From NCBI GenBank assembly GCA_963711395.1, contig CAVQEA010000020.1:72623-136622 (forward strand): a stretch of DNA of 64,000 bases. The letters are read 5' to 3'. This document shows positions 35,984-48,037 of the stretch, in pieces; position 1 is the stretch's first letter, and the number at the start of each line of letters is the position of its first letter. The DNA comes from an uncultured delta proteobacterium (GTDB lineage: Bacteria > Desulfobacterota > Binatia > JACPRU01). The position numbers and the translations under genes were made by a program. Under the pieces are notes generated by a model, which was given only the letters and a program-made list of their open reading frames with translations, made no database searches and had not been told where the DNA came from.

Positions 35984-37800
35984 AAGAACTGTCCGATCGA
36001 GAAGTAGAGGACCCAGGCGGAGTCGCCGGGCGGGCGCTCGAACGGGAAGCCGAGATCGAATCGCAACGGTCCCACCGGCGTTGCATAGGTGATCGCGAAA
36101 CCAGAGCCATACTTCAAGTCGCCGACGGGCGGATCCCACCGATCGAGGGACACTTGGCCGGCGTCGAGAAAGACGGCGCCGCCGACCGGCCCCCAGAGCC
36201 TGTGGCGGAGCTCCAGCGACCCCTCGACGGCCGACTCGCCTCCGATCGGATTGTTGTCGCTGTCACGCGGCCCGAGACGCCGGCGGCCGTAGCCGCGGAC
36301 GCTTTCCGCGCCGCCGGCGTAGAGCCGGTCGAAGAGCGGCAAGTTGTCGTTTGCGCCGATCGGGGTGGCGAAAGCCACCTTGGCGCGGGCAGCGAGCACC
36401 GCTTGCCACGGTATCGATTGGTACTTCTTCACTTCCGTGGTGATCTTGTAGAAGTCGAAGTCGCCGCCGAGCCCCGCTTGCTCGAACGCGAGTGAGGCGA
36501 CCTCGCCGCTCTGAGGGTCGAGTGGCGAAGTCGTAGTGTCCCACAGCATCCCGAGCTTGAATCCGAACAGCGAGATGCCGGTTTTGACTCCGCCGAGCGC
36601 TTCCACGGTGGCCGAGGCGACCTGCGTGAGCTTGTCCCGCTCCACGCGCATGCCGAAAAAGGCCGTCAGATTGCGCGTGATGCGCGGCTCGAGGCGTGGA
36701 AGAAAGCGCGAGGCGTCGAGCAGGTAGTTGTCCTCGTCGTCGCGGCGCTGTTGGAATTCCATCACGCCGCGCATGCGCGGCACGAGGAAGTGGGGCTGAA
36801 CGAACATCGCGTTGCCTAGAGCGGTGATCGAGGAATACTTGAGCGTGAAGCCGAGCTGGCGCCCGTCGCCGAGCCAGTTGTTGTTCTGCCAGCGAGCCTG
36901 TACGCGGTAGTGATCGTCCGTGCCGTAACCCGCCGCGACGCGGATCTCGCGCGGCAGCTTCTCCTCGACCTTGATGGTCGTCGTCACCTGGCTCGACCTG
37001 CTTTGCGTGTCCCAGCCGATGTCCACGGTACTGAACAAATCGAGCTTCAGGAGGTTGTCGCGCGTCTCGCGCAAGCGGTCGACCGAAAAGTGGTCGCCCT
37101 CTCGCCATTCACGCTCGCGCAGAATCATGTCGGACGTGACGTAGTTGGTCCCCTCGATTTGCGTGGTGCCGAAGAAGCTCTCCGGGCCCGGATCGACGAC
37201 GTAGCTGACCTCGGCGCGGTGCTCCGAGAGGTCGACGCGCGCCTCGCGCTCGACTTCGGCGTAGGCATACCCCTGGTTCAGGAAGAACTCCTTCAACTGC
37301 CCGTCCGCGTTCTGGTAGGCCTCCTCGGAGAAGATGTCCCCCGAGCGGATCGGCAGCTCCGGCAGCGTCGGCGGCTGCGGCATGCCCTTCGTATCCACCT
37401 CCACGGAAGCGACGCGGACCGGTTGATTTTCCTCGATCGTCAACTCGACCGAGACGAAATCGCCCTTGGCGAGCGACTCCGTTTCGAGATTGTAGGTGAT
37501 GCGGGCCTCGAAGTAGCCTCGTGACTCGTAGAGCCGGCGGACACGTTCGAGGTCCGTCTCGAACGTCCGGGGATCGAACACCGCAGGTTCCCTCCAGGGC
37601 GCGAACCAGGGCCTCGGCCTGGTGAGGATCTCGCCGCGAATTTCGCGCGTCGAGATCGCTGCGTTGCCGTGGATGTCGACGCTCTTCAGGAGCCACTCGC
37701 GAGCATCGAGCTGATCCAAAGTCAGGGCAATCGCCGACGAAGCTTTCAAAGTCAGCACGCAAAGCAGGGACGCGACGACAGTCTTTTCCCGAAGTCCCAT
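35980..37800 (-). CDS. tamA: Omp85-family outer-membrane protein (POTRA repeats plus Bac_surface_Ag barrel), TamA/BamA type
   Basis: Intact 606 aa. Signal MGLREKTVVASLLCVLTLKASSA, POTRA-like repeats, and C-terminus RLYAGGAESVRGY..LELR..FLDAGQV..YGSGFAITYATPVGPLRFDLGFPF. It lies directly upstream of tamB. Confidence 0.85.
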   Translation of the reverse strand: MGLREKTVVASLLCVLTLKASSAIALTLDQLDAREWLLKSVDIHGNAAISTREIRGEILTRPRPWFAPWREPAVFDPRTFETDLERVRRLYESRGYFEARITYNLETESLAKGDFVSVELTIEENQPVRVASVEVDTKGMPQPPTLPELPIRSGDIFSEEAYQNADGQLKEFFLNQGYAYAEVEREARVDLSEHRAEVSYVVDPGPESFFGTTQIEGTNYVTSDMILREREWREGDHFSVDRLRETRDNLLKLDLFSTVDIGWDTQSRSSQVTTTIKVEEKLPREIRVAAGYGTDDHYRVQARWQNNNWLGDGRQLGFTLKYSSITALGNAMFVQPHFLVPRMRGVMEFQQRRDDEDNYLLDASRFLPRLEPRITRNLTAFFGMRVERDKLTQVASATVEALGGVKTGISLFGFKLGMLWDTTTSPLDPQSGEVASLAFEQAGLGGDFDFYKITTEVKKYQSIPWQAVLAARAKVAFATPIGANDNLPLFDRLYAGGAESVRGYGRRRLGPRDSDNNPIGGESAVEGSLELRHRLWGPVGGAVFLDAGQVSLDRWDPPVGDLKYGSGFAITYATPVGPLRFDLGFPFERPPGDSAWVLYFSIGQFF

Positions 37801-38095
37801 TGGCGGCGGAGAGGATCGCTAAGGGTTCCGTCGGGTCTCAACCCACGAGCGGGTGAACCATGGAGCGGAAGCTCGATCTTCCACCGCAGGTCGGCGCTCG
37901 CGCAACGCGCCGTTTCATTTCAGCGGACCGCAGCCGCGCCGCCGCGCTCGACACGTCGTAGCAACCGCGCGTTTCAAGCCGAGGCTCGAGCCCGCGTGAA
38001 TTTCTCGGCGCCTGCGAGGTTCGCGACGCGGCACGCGCCGTGCTGCAGCAGCGGCTGGGGCATGAGCCCCCAACTGTTCACGAAAGGAGAGAGGC

Positions 38096-38392
38096 ATGAG
38101 AGCGATCACGTTCCGAGGATTGGCGAGCATCGCGACGCTGCTGTCGCTGCTCGCATTGGCGGTGCCGCTTTGGGCTGCCGAGGTGGACCTCAACAGTGCC
38201 ACGCAGGAGGAGCTCGTGGCCCTGCCTGGAATCGGTCCTGCCAAGGCAAAGGCGATCATCGACTACCGCACGGCCCATCCCTTCAGGAGCGTCGACGAGG
38301 TGAAGAACGTCCGTGGCATCGGCGATCATCTCTACGAGAGCCTGAAGGGCAAAGTGACCGTCAGCTCCGCGGGGAGCGCCGACAGGCGCTAG
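38096..38392 (+). CDS. comEA: ComEA-family helix-hairpin-helix DNA-binding protein
   Basis: Signal peptide, then VDLNSATQEELVALPGIGPAKAKAIIDYR..FRSVDEVKNVRGIG. Confidence 0.85.
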   Translation: MRAITFRGLASIATLLSLLALAVPLWAAEVDLNSATQEELVALPGIGPAKAKAIIDYRTAHPFRSVDEVKNVRGIGDHLYESLKGKVTVSSAGSADRR

Positions 38393-38499
38393 GCCTCGCC
38401 TAGCGGGCAGCCGGAGGGTGGTGGCGGCGGCGGGGGAGGGCGACCTTCTTCCCGCCGCCGTCTCAACGCCGGTGCCACCGGTCGGCGGCCCCCCGGCCT

Positions 38500-40212
38500 T
38501 CATGGAGGCCCTCCTGGATGGAATGGAGACAGCCCGCGTTCGGCCGCCTCGGCCCAGAGGAGCGCCAGCGGCAGGGCCGGCACGGCGCCGTCGACGACGT
38601 GAGCTCCGATCTCGAGCACCCTCGGGCCGGTCATCGGCTGCCCGTCGAGCGTGCCGACCGTCGCTCCTTCCGGCGCCAGCACCACGTAGCGGCCCGGCAG
38701 CGCGAGGGTGAACTCGCCGTGCCCCGCGGCGTCGACTTCCAGCAGCTTGCCCGCTACGCGCAACGTGCCGACCGGCAGGTAGTTGTCGAGCAAGAACTGG
38801 CGCCCGGCGGGTGGAAACCGCTCGTCGTCGTTCGCCGCTACGTACGTTCGCGTGGCGACGAGCCGCTGTGCGATGTCGTCGGGTATCTCGCCCTTGGCGA
38901 TGCGGGCCAGCGTGATGTCCTCGAGCATCGGGTAGTACGCGCGGCGACGGAACAGCATCTCCCCTTTGACGTCCATGACGTAGTCCGTCGGGCGAGTGAG
39001 GCGCAGCACGTCGGCGACGAGCGCCCGCCGAACGCGAGTCGCGTCCCGCCACGGGCGATCGACGTAGATCGTGGCGGCGATTCCCAGGGCCGCCACCAAC
39101 AACAGCCAGCGGGCGATGCTCGCCGAGCGGCGCCGTTCCTCCGAGGCGATGGCGCCCCCGACCACGAAGATGGTGAGGAGCGCATAGAACGGCATCCAAT
39201 CCTGTCGGGTGATGAGCGGGAAGAATCCGTTCAGAGCCAACACGTAGAATCCGGTGGCGAGCATGAGGCTCGCACGCGCGAATGCGCGACGCGGCCGATC
39301 GAACGCGCGCCGCGCAACCAGCAAGAGCCCGGGGAGCGCGGCCGTCACCAACACGATACGCAGAGCTCGGTGGCCCCACAGGGACGCCGAGGTCAGGTTG
39401 TGCAGCAGCACGCATTCCACGAACTCGCGGGCCAGGCCGAGGTAGGCGAGGAAAGCGGCCAGAAGAGCGAGGACGGCGATCATGCCGACCGCGCTCAGCG
39501 CAGCCGCGGGGAGAAGCTGGCCGCAAGCCTGCCGGAGGCTACGGCGGGGATCGAGCACGGCCGCGGTCGCGACGCCGCCGATCAACGTCGAAAGCAAGCC
39601 CAGGGTCTTGATCGACGCCGCGAACGTCGCGCCGACCAGCGCGCCGACGAGCAAGAAGCGCGGGCGACGAGGCACCGCGCTGACCGCCGTCGCCAGCGCG
39701 GCCAGCCAGAGAGCCAGCCAGAGGTCGTCGGCGCGAAACTCGAGAGAGGTGGTCAGGAACGAGGGGATCAGGCCCGCCAGGGCGGCGCTCCAGGCCCCGA
39801 CTCGGCGCGAGTAGAGCTCGGCGCCGAGCCGGTAGAGCGCTGCGAGCGAGAGCGCGGCGAGCGGGATCATCGCCCAGCGTGCCCAGACGAGCGCGTCCGG
39901 ATGCTCGCCGAATGCGGCGACCAGGGGGGAGAGCAAGAGGTGGAAGAGCGGAGTGTGGTTGTCGAAGACGTCACGGTAGGGAAGCCACCCGCGCGTCCAG
40001 CCCAGGGCGACTTCAAAGTGCTGCGGTTCGTCGGAGTTGAAGCGCTGGCGCGTGGCGAGCCCGACCCTGAGCACGACTTGCAGCGCGAGAAGGGCGGCAA
40101 CAGCCCGGCACTCGAAGGAAGAAAGCGGCCGTTCGGTCGCCGGCGGCGAGTCTGCCGAGGGCGCCGCAAGGGAAACGACCAACGCCGGCGAGGCCACCGA
40201 AGAGCGTCGCAT
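38500..40212 (-). CDS. Polytopic GT-C-type glycosyltransferase (ArnT/PMT-like), function unassigned
   Basis: Intact 570 aa. The N-terminal half has about 10 or more hydrophobic segments, with NSDEPQHFEVALGW in the first loop (the DE-type motif of GT-C enzymes). The C-terminal third is soluble. It starts 9 nt after gatB. Confidence 0.6.
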   Translation of the reverse strand: MRRSSVASPALVVSLAAPSADSPPATERPLSSFECRAVAALLALQVVLRVGLATRQRFNSDEPQHFEVALGWTRGWLPYRDVFDNHTPLFHLLLSPLVAAFGEHPDALVWARWAMIPLAALSLAALYRLGAELYSRRVGAWSAALAGLIPSFLTTSLEFRADDLWLALWLAALATAVSAVPRRPRFLLVGALVGATFAASIKTLGLLSTLIGGVATAAVLDPRRSLRQACGQLLPAAALSAVGMIAVLALLAAFLAYLGLAREFVECVLLHNLTSASLWGHRALRIVLVTAALPGLLLVARRAFDRPRRAFARASLMLATGFYVLALNGFFPLITRQDWMPFYALLTIFVVGGAIASEERRRSASIARWLLLVAALGIAATIYVDRPWRDATRVRRALVADVLRLTRPTDYVMDVKGEMLFRRRAYYPMLEDITLARIAKGEIPDDIAQRLVATRTYVAANDDERFPPAGRQFLLDNYLPVGTLRVAGKLLEVDAAGHGEFTLALPGRYVVLAPEGATVGTLDGQPMTGPRVLEIGAHVVDGAVPALPLALLWAEAAERGLSPFHPGGPP

Positions 40213-40221
40213 GGCCCGCGG

Positions 40222-41660
<1,439 letters not shown>

Positions 41661-41664
<4 letters not shown>

Positions 41665-43145
41665 GTCGCTGCCCTCGCGATCGGGAGAGGGCGAGCCAAG
41701 TGCCACTCGGTCGCCTGCTCGTAGGCGTAGGCAGCGCCGAGCAAAGCCGCCTCGCCGAACGGTTTGCCGATCAACTGGAGCCCGATCGGCAGACCGGATC
41801 CGTCGATGCCGCAGGGCATGGACAACGCGGGCAGCCCGGCCAAGTTGACCGAGATGGTGAGCACGTCGGAGAGGTACATCGACAGCGGGTCATCGGTCTT
41901 CTCGCCGAGCCTAAACGCGGTGGTCGGCGCCGTGGGTGCGACCAGCAGGTCACAGCGTGCGAACGCGTTCTCGAAATCCCTGCGCACCAGAGTCCGCGCC
42001 TTCTGCGCCTTGCCGTAGTAGGCGTCGTAGTATCCGGCGGAGAGCGCGTAGGTACCGAGCAGGATCCGCCGCTTCACCTCGGCTCCGAAGCCCTGCTCGC
42101 GAGAGTGGGTGTACGCTTCGAGAAGGGTCGCGGCGTCCGCGGCGCGGCGACCGTAGCGAATGCCGTCGTAGCGCGCCAGGTTCGAGCTCGCCTCTGCGGT
42201 GGCGATCAAGTAGTAGATCGCGATCGCATAGGTCGTGTGCGGCAGCGAAACGGTCTCGACGCTGGCCCCGAGCGATTCGAGCACCGCGATCGCCTCACGG
42301 ACCGAGGAGTCGACCTCGGGCTGCATGCCTTCGTGAAAGTACTCGCGCGGCACGCCGATCCGCACCGGGCCCAGGTCCCGGTCGAGAAGGCTCTCGTAGT
42401 GGGGCGTGTCGACCGGCGCCGACGTCGCATCACGAGGGTCGGGGGCCGCCAAGGCCTCGAGCACGATCGCCGCGTCGCGTACGTCGCGGGTGAACGGCCC
42501 GACCTGATCGAGCGAGGATGCATAGGCGACGATGCCGTAGCGGCTGACGCGGCCGTACGTGGGTTTGAGCCCGACGACGCCGCAGTATGCCGCGGGCAGG
42601 CGAATGGAGCCGCCGGTGTCGGTACCTAGCGCCGCCAGGCACTGGCCCGCCGCCACCGCGACGGCCGAACCGCCTGAAGAGCCGCCGGGGACTCGACTCG
42701 GATCCCACGGATTGAACGAGGGGCCGAACGCGGAGTTCTCGGTGGAGGATCCCATGGCGAACTCGTCGCAATTCGTCTTGCCGATGAGCACCGCTCCGCG
42801 GCTGCGCAGCCTGGCCACCGCAGTGCCGTCGTACGGCGGTACGAAGCCTTGCAAGATCCGCGATGCGGCGGTGGTGCGCACCCCGCGGGTGAGAAAGACG
42901 TCCTTCAGCGCGATCGGGATGCCGTCGAGCGGCGACAGCGGCTCGCCGCGCGCGAAACGCTCATCCGCGGCGGCGGCCTGGCGGCGGGCTTCGTCCTCGC
43001 TCACCACCAGGAACGCATGGAGACGCGGCTCCGTGTCGGCGATGCGCGCTAGGCACGCCTCGACGAGCTCGCTTGCGGACAGCTCGCGGCGCGAGAGTAG
43101 CCGCGCGGCGCCCGCCACGGTGAGCGAGGAGGGATCGACGATCAA
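41661..43145 (-). CDS. gatA: Asp-tRNA(Asn)/Glu-tRNA(Gln) amidotransferase subunit A
   Basis: Amidase signature [14 protein letters not shown], plus [11 protein letters not shown] and [18 protein letters not shown]. The start is a TTG at 43145, after GAGGG. The upstream 86 codons of the track ORF are junk. Confidence 0.95.
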
Positions 43146-43155
43146 CCGAAAGCCC

Positions 43156-43443
43156 TCACTCGATGATCTTTGGAACGCGGAAAAAGCCTCGCCAGCGGTC
43201 GGGTGCGTTCTCGAGCAGCTCCTCGCAGGCGGGCTGGTTCTCCACCACGTCCTCGCGAAACGCCGCGCCCACGTCGAAGACGTGAGCCGTCGGTTCCACG
43301 TCTTCGACGTCGAGCTCGTCGAGCTTGGCGACGTAGCCGAGAATCGCCTCGAGCTCGCCGGCGATCCGCTCCTCCTCCTCGGGGGACAGGTCGAGCCGGG
43401 CAAGCGCCGCCACGTGACGCACCTGCTCCCGCGTGATCTTCAC
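43156..43443 (-). CDS. gatC: Asp-tRNA(Asn)/Glu-tRNA(Gln) amidotransferase subunit C
   Basis: Last 95 codons of ORF 43156..44412. (V)[45 protein letters not shown]. The GTG start at 43443 is uncertain. Confidence 0.85.
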   Translation of the reverse strand: MKITREQVRHVAALARLDLSPEEEERIAGELEAILGYVAKLDELDVEDVEPTAHVFDVGAAFREDVVENQPACEELLENAPDRWRGFFRVPKIIE

Positions 43444-43563
43444 CCGGTGGGAGGTAACATAGGGCCCGGGGCTCCTCAAATTCGCCCGGCGCCGCGCCCC
43501 GGGGCGGTTCCGCGATGCTCGCGGGGCCGTGTTGAATGCTCCCTCGAGCATCCAGTACCTTGA

Positions 43564-44505
43564 ATGGGTGAGGGTCGAGACTTGATGCAGCCGACCGGCA
43601 TCGGCCGTCTTATCGAGAACATCGAGCGGGTAATCAAGGGGAAGGCGGCGGCGGTTCGCAGGGCCGTGGTCTGCCTGGTGGCACGGGGCCACCTGCTCAT
43701 CGAAGACGTCCCCGGGGTCGGCAAGACCACCTTGGCCTTCGCGCTCGCACGCTCGATCGGTTGCTCGTTTCAGCGCATTCAGTTCACCAGCGACCTGCTG
43801 CCCGCCGACATCATCGGCGTCTCGGTCTATCGTGCCGAGACCCAGGAGTTCGTTTTCAAGGAAGGCCCCCTGTTCCATCAGCTCATCCTCGCCGACGAGA
43901 TCAATCGCACCAGCCCGCGTACGCAGAGCGCCCTCTTGGAGGCGATGAACGAAGGACAGATCAGCGTCGACCACCATACCTACGCGCTGCCGGAGCCGTT
44001 CATGGTGCTGGCGACGCAAAACCCGCGGGAGTATCACGGTACCTTCCCGCTGCCGGAATCGCAGCTCGATCGCTTCCTGATGCGCATCTCGATCGGCTAT
44101 CCCGATGCCGATTCGGAGCGCGCGATCTTGACGTCGCACGTTTCGGCGTCGGAGCTCGAGCCGGTGCTTTCCGCCGCCGACGTGCGCCGCGCGCAGATGG
44201 CCGTCGATGAGGTGCGCGTGGATCCCGCGCTCATCGGCTACGTCCTCGACATCGTCGCCGCCACACGCCGCTCGGCCGCCGTGGAGCTCGGCGCCAGCCC
44301 GCGCGCCGCCAAGGCGCTCTACCGCGCGGCGCAGGCGGCCGCGCTGGTCGAAGGGTGCGAATACGTGCGGCCGGACCACATCAAGGAGCTCGCCGTACCG
44401 GTGCTCGCGCACCGGCTGCAGCTCCGCGGCGAGGGCGTCACCGACCTCGAGCGCGAGGAGAGCGTCCTCGCCGCGATCCTCGAAGACGTGCGAGTCCCGC
44501 TGTGA
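43564..44505 (+). CDS. MoxR-family AAA+ ATPase
   Basis: Intact 313 aa. HLLIEDVPGVGKTTLAFALA, LILADEINRTSPRTQSALLEAM, VLATQNPREYHGTFPLPESQLDRF. Confidence 0.9.
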   Translation: MGEGRDLMQPTGIGRLIENIERVIKGKAAAVRRAVVCLVARGHLLIEDVPGVGKTTLAFALARSIGCSFQRIQFTSDLLPADIIGVSVYRAETQEFVFKEGPLFHQLILADEINRTSPRTQSALLEAMNEGQISVDHHTYALPEPFMVLATQNPREYHGTFPLPESQLDRFLMRISIGYPDADSERAILTSHVSASELEPVLSAADVRRAQMAVDEVRVDPALIGYVLDIVAATRRSAAVELGASPRAAKALYRAAQAAALVEGCEYVRPDHIKELAVPVLAHRLQLRGEGVTDLEREESVLAAILEDVRVPL

Positions 44506-45614
44506 AACGTGCTCTGGCGCCGCTGCGGACCATCGCGGCGAGCTTCCGCCAGCGCGCCGCCGAAATCGATTCGTGGAGCGAGGCGTTTTACCCGTACCGT
44601 AGCCTTCGCCTGACGCGCGACGGTTGGTTCTTTCTCGGGGTGACGATCGCCATCGGCCTGGCCGCGCTGAACACCGGACACAACCTGTTCTATCTGGTGT
44701 TCGCGATGCTGGTATCGCTGATCGTCGTCTCCGGTCTGTTGTCGGAGCAGGTGGTTCGCCACCTGCGCGTGGAGCGACGGCTACCGGCCGAGTTGTTCGC
44801 GCGACGGGCCACGGCGGTGGAGATGCGCGTCAAGAACACGAGTCGGCGCCGAACCTGCTATGCGGTCGAGATCCACGACGGCCTCGAACGGGAGGATCGC
44901 CGGCGCGTCGGTTTCATCGATAGGCTCGATCCCGGCGCCGAGCGCTCCTTCGTGGCGATCTGGACGTTTCCACGCCGCGGGCGTCAGTCGTTTCGCCGGG
45001 TCCATCTCGTCACCCGTTTTCCCTTCGGACTGTTCGAGAAGACCCGCATCGTGGCGACGCGCGAGTCGTGCGTGATCTTTCCGGCGGTGTCGGCCGAAGC
45101 GGTGCAGCGCTTGGCGCAAGGCATCGGCCAGGACGGCTTTCGCAAGCACCGCCTCGGCGAAGAGACCATCGGGCTACGGCGCAAGCTCGACGACGACGAT
45201 CCACGTCGCATCCACTGGCGCGTCTCCGCCCGCGCGGGTGAATGGATGGTGACCGAGCACGCCGAGCGCCTCGACCGCCCGCTCGTGCTCTTCTTCGACA
45301 ACCGCGGCCTCGGCGGGAGCACGTTCGAAACGGCCGTCGAGCGCGCGGCCTCGTTGGTATGGGTGGCGAGCCGGAGCGGGAGGACCGCTCACCTGTATTC
45401 GTGGAACGCCGTATTTCCGCAGGATGGACCCCAATCACTGCGCGCGGCGCTGACGTTTCTCGCCGAAGTTGCGCCTCTGCCGCCCGGGGTGAAGCCGGAC
45501 GATGCCTGCTTCCAGGCTTGGCAACGGGAGGTCGAGCGGCTCGGCGCGGGCTTCTTCGTGACGCTGGGCGAGGCGGCGGGCGTGCCGCCCGGCATGTTGC
45601 TGCGCGTCGCATGA
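44502..45614 (+). CDS. DUF58 domain protein (MoxR-associated, vWA-like)
   Basis: A GTG at 44502 forms a GTGA overlap with the moxR stop. There are two TM segments near the N-terminus (FFLGVTIAIGLAALNTGHNLFYLVFAMLVSLIVVSGLL), then DDPRRIHWRVSARAGEWMVTE. Confidence 0.85.
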   Translation: MKRALAPLRTIAASFRQRAAEIDSWSEAFYPYRSLRLTRDGWFFLGVTIAIGLAALNTGHNLFYLVFAMLVSLIVVSGLLSEQVVRHLRVERRLPAELFARRATAVEMRVKNTSRRRTCYAVEIHDGLEREDRRRVGFIDRLDPGAERSFVAIWTFPRRGRQSFRRVHLVTRFPFGLFEKTRIVATRESCVIFPAVSAEAVQRLAQGIGQDGFRKHRLGEETIGLRRKLDDDDPRRIHWRVSARAGEWMVTEHAERLDRPLVLFFDNRGLGGSTFETAVERAASLVWVASRSGRTAHLYSWNAVFPQDGPQSLRAALTFLAEVAPLPPGVKPDDACFQAWQREVERLGAGFFVTLGEAAGVPPGMLLRVA

Positions 45615-47678
45615 AGCTCTCCTTCCAACAGCAGTTCGTGGCCGCGGGGCACTTGCTCGCCGCCGTCGGCGTCTGCGCCTTGGCGACTACCCACGAGGTC
45701 GCGCCAGGGTACGTGGCGGCGGCGCTCGGGGGGCTCGGCTGGGGCGCATGGCGGGAGTGGCGTGGCGGGCGCGAGGGCGGCATTTCGGAGCGGGCGGCGA
45801 ATGCGTGCATGCTCGCCGCCTTGCTCTTGAGCCTCGCTCCCGTGGTGCTGCGCGGCGTGCCGGCGGTGCGGGCCGATCGCCGAATTCCTGCTGGTGCTGA
45901 CGGGCTTGAAGGGCGCGGCTCGCAAGCAAGACCGCGACTGGCTGCAGATCCTGGTGCTGTCCTTCTTTCAACTGCTGTCGGCCGCAGCGCTGACGGTCGA
46001 GCCGGTCTTCGCGGTGTTGTTCCTCGCCTACCTATTGCTCGCGCCGTGCGTGCTCGTGCTCTTTCAGCTGCGGCGTGAGCTCGGCGCGTTCCCCTCCGTG
46101 CATCGCCTCGACGAGGAGCCGTTCGTCGAGCTTTCGCTCTTCCGCTCGCTCGCCTCCACGACCGCCATACTGTTCGTATCGACGCTCGTCATCTTCATCG
46201 TGTTTCCGCGCGTCGGCGCCGGCTACTTCGCGGCGCCGTTCGCGGGCGGGCAAGTCCTCACCGGGTTCTCCGAGGAAGTCGGGCTGGGGAGTGTGGCGGC
46301 CCTCAAGCAGGACGACGCCGTGGCGTTGCGGGTGACGGTCGATCGTCCAGAGCTGCTGCAGACGGAGCGCTATTGGCGCGGAGCCGCTCTGGATTATTTC
46401 GACGGTCGCAACTGGCGGCGGCGGCCGAGAGAGCTTCACCCGCTGGTGCGCCCACAACCCGGCGTCTTCACGTCGCTGATAGCCGCGCCGCGTCGCTCGG
46501 TAGTACGCCAAGAGGTGATCCTCGAGCCGCAAGACTCGGCGGCGCTGTTCATCGCCGGCACCCCGCTCGAGATCCGTGGGCGCTTCTCGGAAGTCTCCAT
46601 CGACGTGAACGGCAACCTGCGCGTGATCCGGCCGACCGGCGTCCGTACTCGCTACGAGGTCTTGGCTGCGCTCCAACCACGCCGCACCCCGCCCACTGCC
46701 GATGCCCTCGCGCTGCCGCCTCTCGATCAGCGCATCGTCGACCTCGCACGGTCGCAAGTCGCCGACACCAGCGGCGACGCGGCGCGCGCGGAGGCGCTTC
46801 TGCGCTTCTTCCGCCGGGGCTTCGAGTACACTCTCGAGCCGGGAGATCCCGGATCGCAAGACCCGCTGGCGCGGTTTCTATTTCAGACGCGACGCGGTCA
46901 TTGCGAATACTTCGCCTCCGCGTACGCGGTCATGCTGCGCGCGGTCGGCATCCCGAGCTTGGTGGTGACGGGCTATGCGGGAGGTGAGTGGAACCCCTAC
47001 GGACAATACTTCCTGATTCGGCAGAGCGACGCGCATAGCTGGGTGGAGGCGTACGTCGACGGCACGTGGCGCACCTACGACCCGACGCCCGCCGCGGTTC
47101 CACGCGAGCCGGGGCTCCGCCGGCAGATGGCCGAAGCCATCGACGCGCTGCAGATGCGTTGGTACCGCTACGTCATCAACTACTCGCTGGAGGACCAGGC
47201 GGAGGCCGCGCTGTCGGTGCGCGACGCCTCGCAGCGCCTTTGGCAGAACCTCTCGCACGATTGGTGGACTTCTTTCGGGGCCGACCGCAACGGCGCCCGC
47301 GAAAGCAAGATCCCCTGGAGGACGGCGGCGCTCGTCCTGACGCTGACGGCAATCGCGGCCTGGGCGTGGCGCCGGCGCAGCCAAGACGCACGCTCGCCGC
47401 AGGGGGCCATGTCGATGGTGACGCGGAGCTACCTCAGGCTTCTCCGCGCGCTCGCCGCGCGCGGGCTGGAAAAGCGGGCCGCCGAGACCCCGCTCGAGTA
47501 CTATCGCAGGATAGCGCCACGTCTCGATGGTCACGCGGCCGCGGTTGCCCGCGTCACCGCGCTCTATCACGCGGCTCGCTTCTCGGGGCGGCCGGGATCG
47601 AGCGAGGCGCTCGATCGCGCCGTCGAAGAGGCCGTGATTTCGCTGGCGGCGCCGGCGCCGACGGCGGAAGCCCGGTGA
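45611..47678 (+). CDS. TgpA-type transglutaminase-like membrane protein (DUF3488 plus transglutaminase core); one frameshift near 45870
   Basis: The ATG at 45611 forms an ATGA overlap with the DUF58 stop. MKLSFQQQFVAAGHLLAAVGVCALA.. is in ORF 45242..46078. The frame then switches to IAEFLLVLTGLKGAARKQDRDWLQILVLSFFQLL. The core is TRRGHCEYFASAYAVMLRAVGIPSLVVTGY..HSWVEAY..WRTYDPTP (Cys-His-Asp). Confidence 0.8.
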
Positions 47679-48037
47679 ACCGGGTCGAGCGCGGGCGTGA
47701 TGGCGAGGCGCTCGCCTGGGAGCACTTGCGCCGCGCGGGTTACCGGCTCGTCGCACGCAATCTGCGCACTCGCTTCGGCGAAATCGATCTCGTCGTCGAG
47801 CAGGGGGATACGCTCGTGTTCGTGGAGGTGCGGTCGCGCGCCGGCACGCGCTTCGGTACGCCTCTCGACTCGATCGATCGCCGCAAGCGCCAGCAGGTCG
47901 CGCGTTTGGCGGCCGACTTCTTGTCTCGGCGCAGGCTCGACGACCGCCGCGCGCGTTTTGATGTCGTCGCCGTCGAATGGCAGGATGGCGCGCCGAAGAT
48001 CGACCACGTCGAGAACGCCTTCGAGGTCCCGGAATAG
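47675..48037 (+). CDS. yraN: YraN-family (UPF0102) endonuclease-like protein
   Basis: A GTG at 47675 forms a GTGA overlap with the tgpA-like stop. GEALAWEHLRRAGYRLVARNLRTRFGEIDLVVEQGDTLVFVEVRSR. Confidence 0.8.
   Translation: MNRVERGRDGEALAWEHLRRAGYRLVARNLRTRFGEIDLVVEQGDTLVFVEVRSRAGTRFGTPLDSIDRRKRQQVARLAADFLSRRRLDDRRARFDVVAVEWQDGAPKIDHVENAFEVPE

Noticed and set aside
35984-36139. The longer TamB start at 36139, and the longer starts 41706 for gatB and 26423 for the amidohydrolase
   Set aside because: They would overlap the upstream genes by 28-160 nt. The shorter starts coincide with stop/start overlaps, and for 26399 with a GGAGGA at ideal spacing.
43444-44412. Upstream 320 codons of minus ORF 43156..44412
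   Set aside because: This stretch is antisense to the MoxR ATPase. Only the last 95 codons (gatC) are protein-like.
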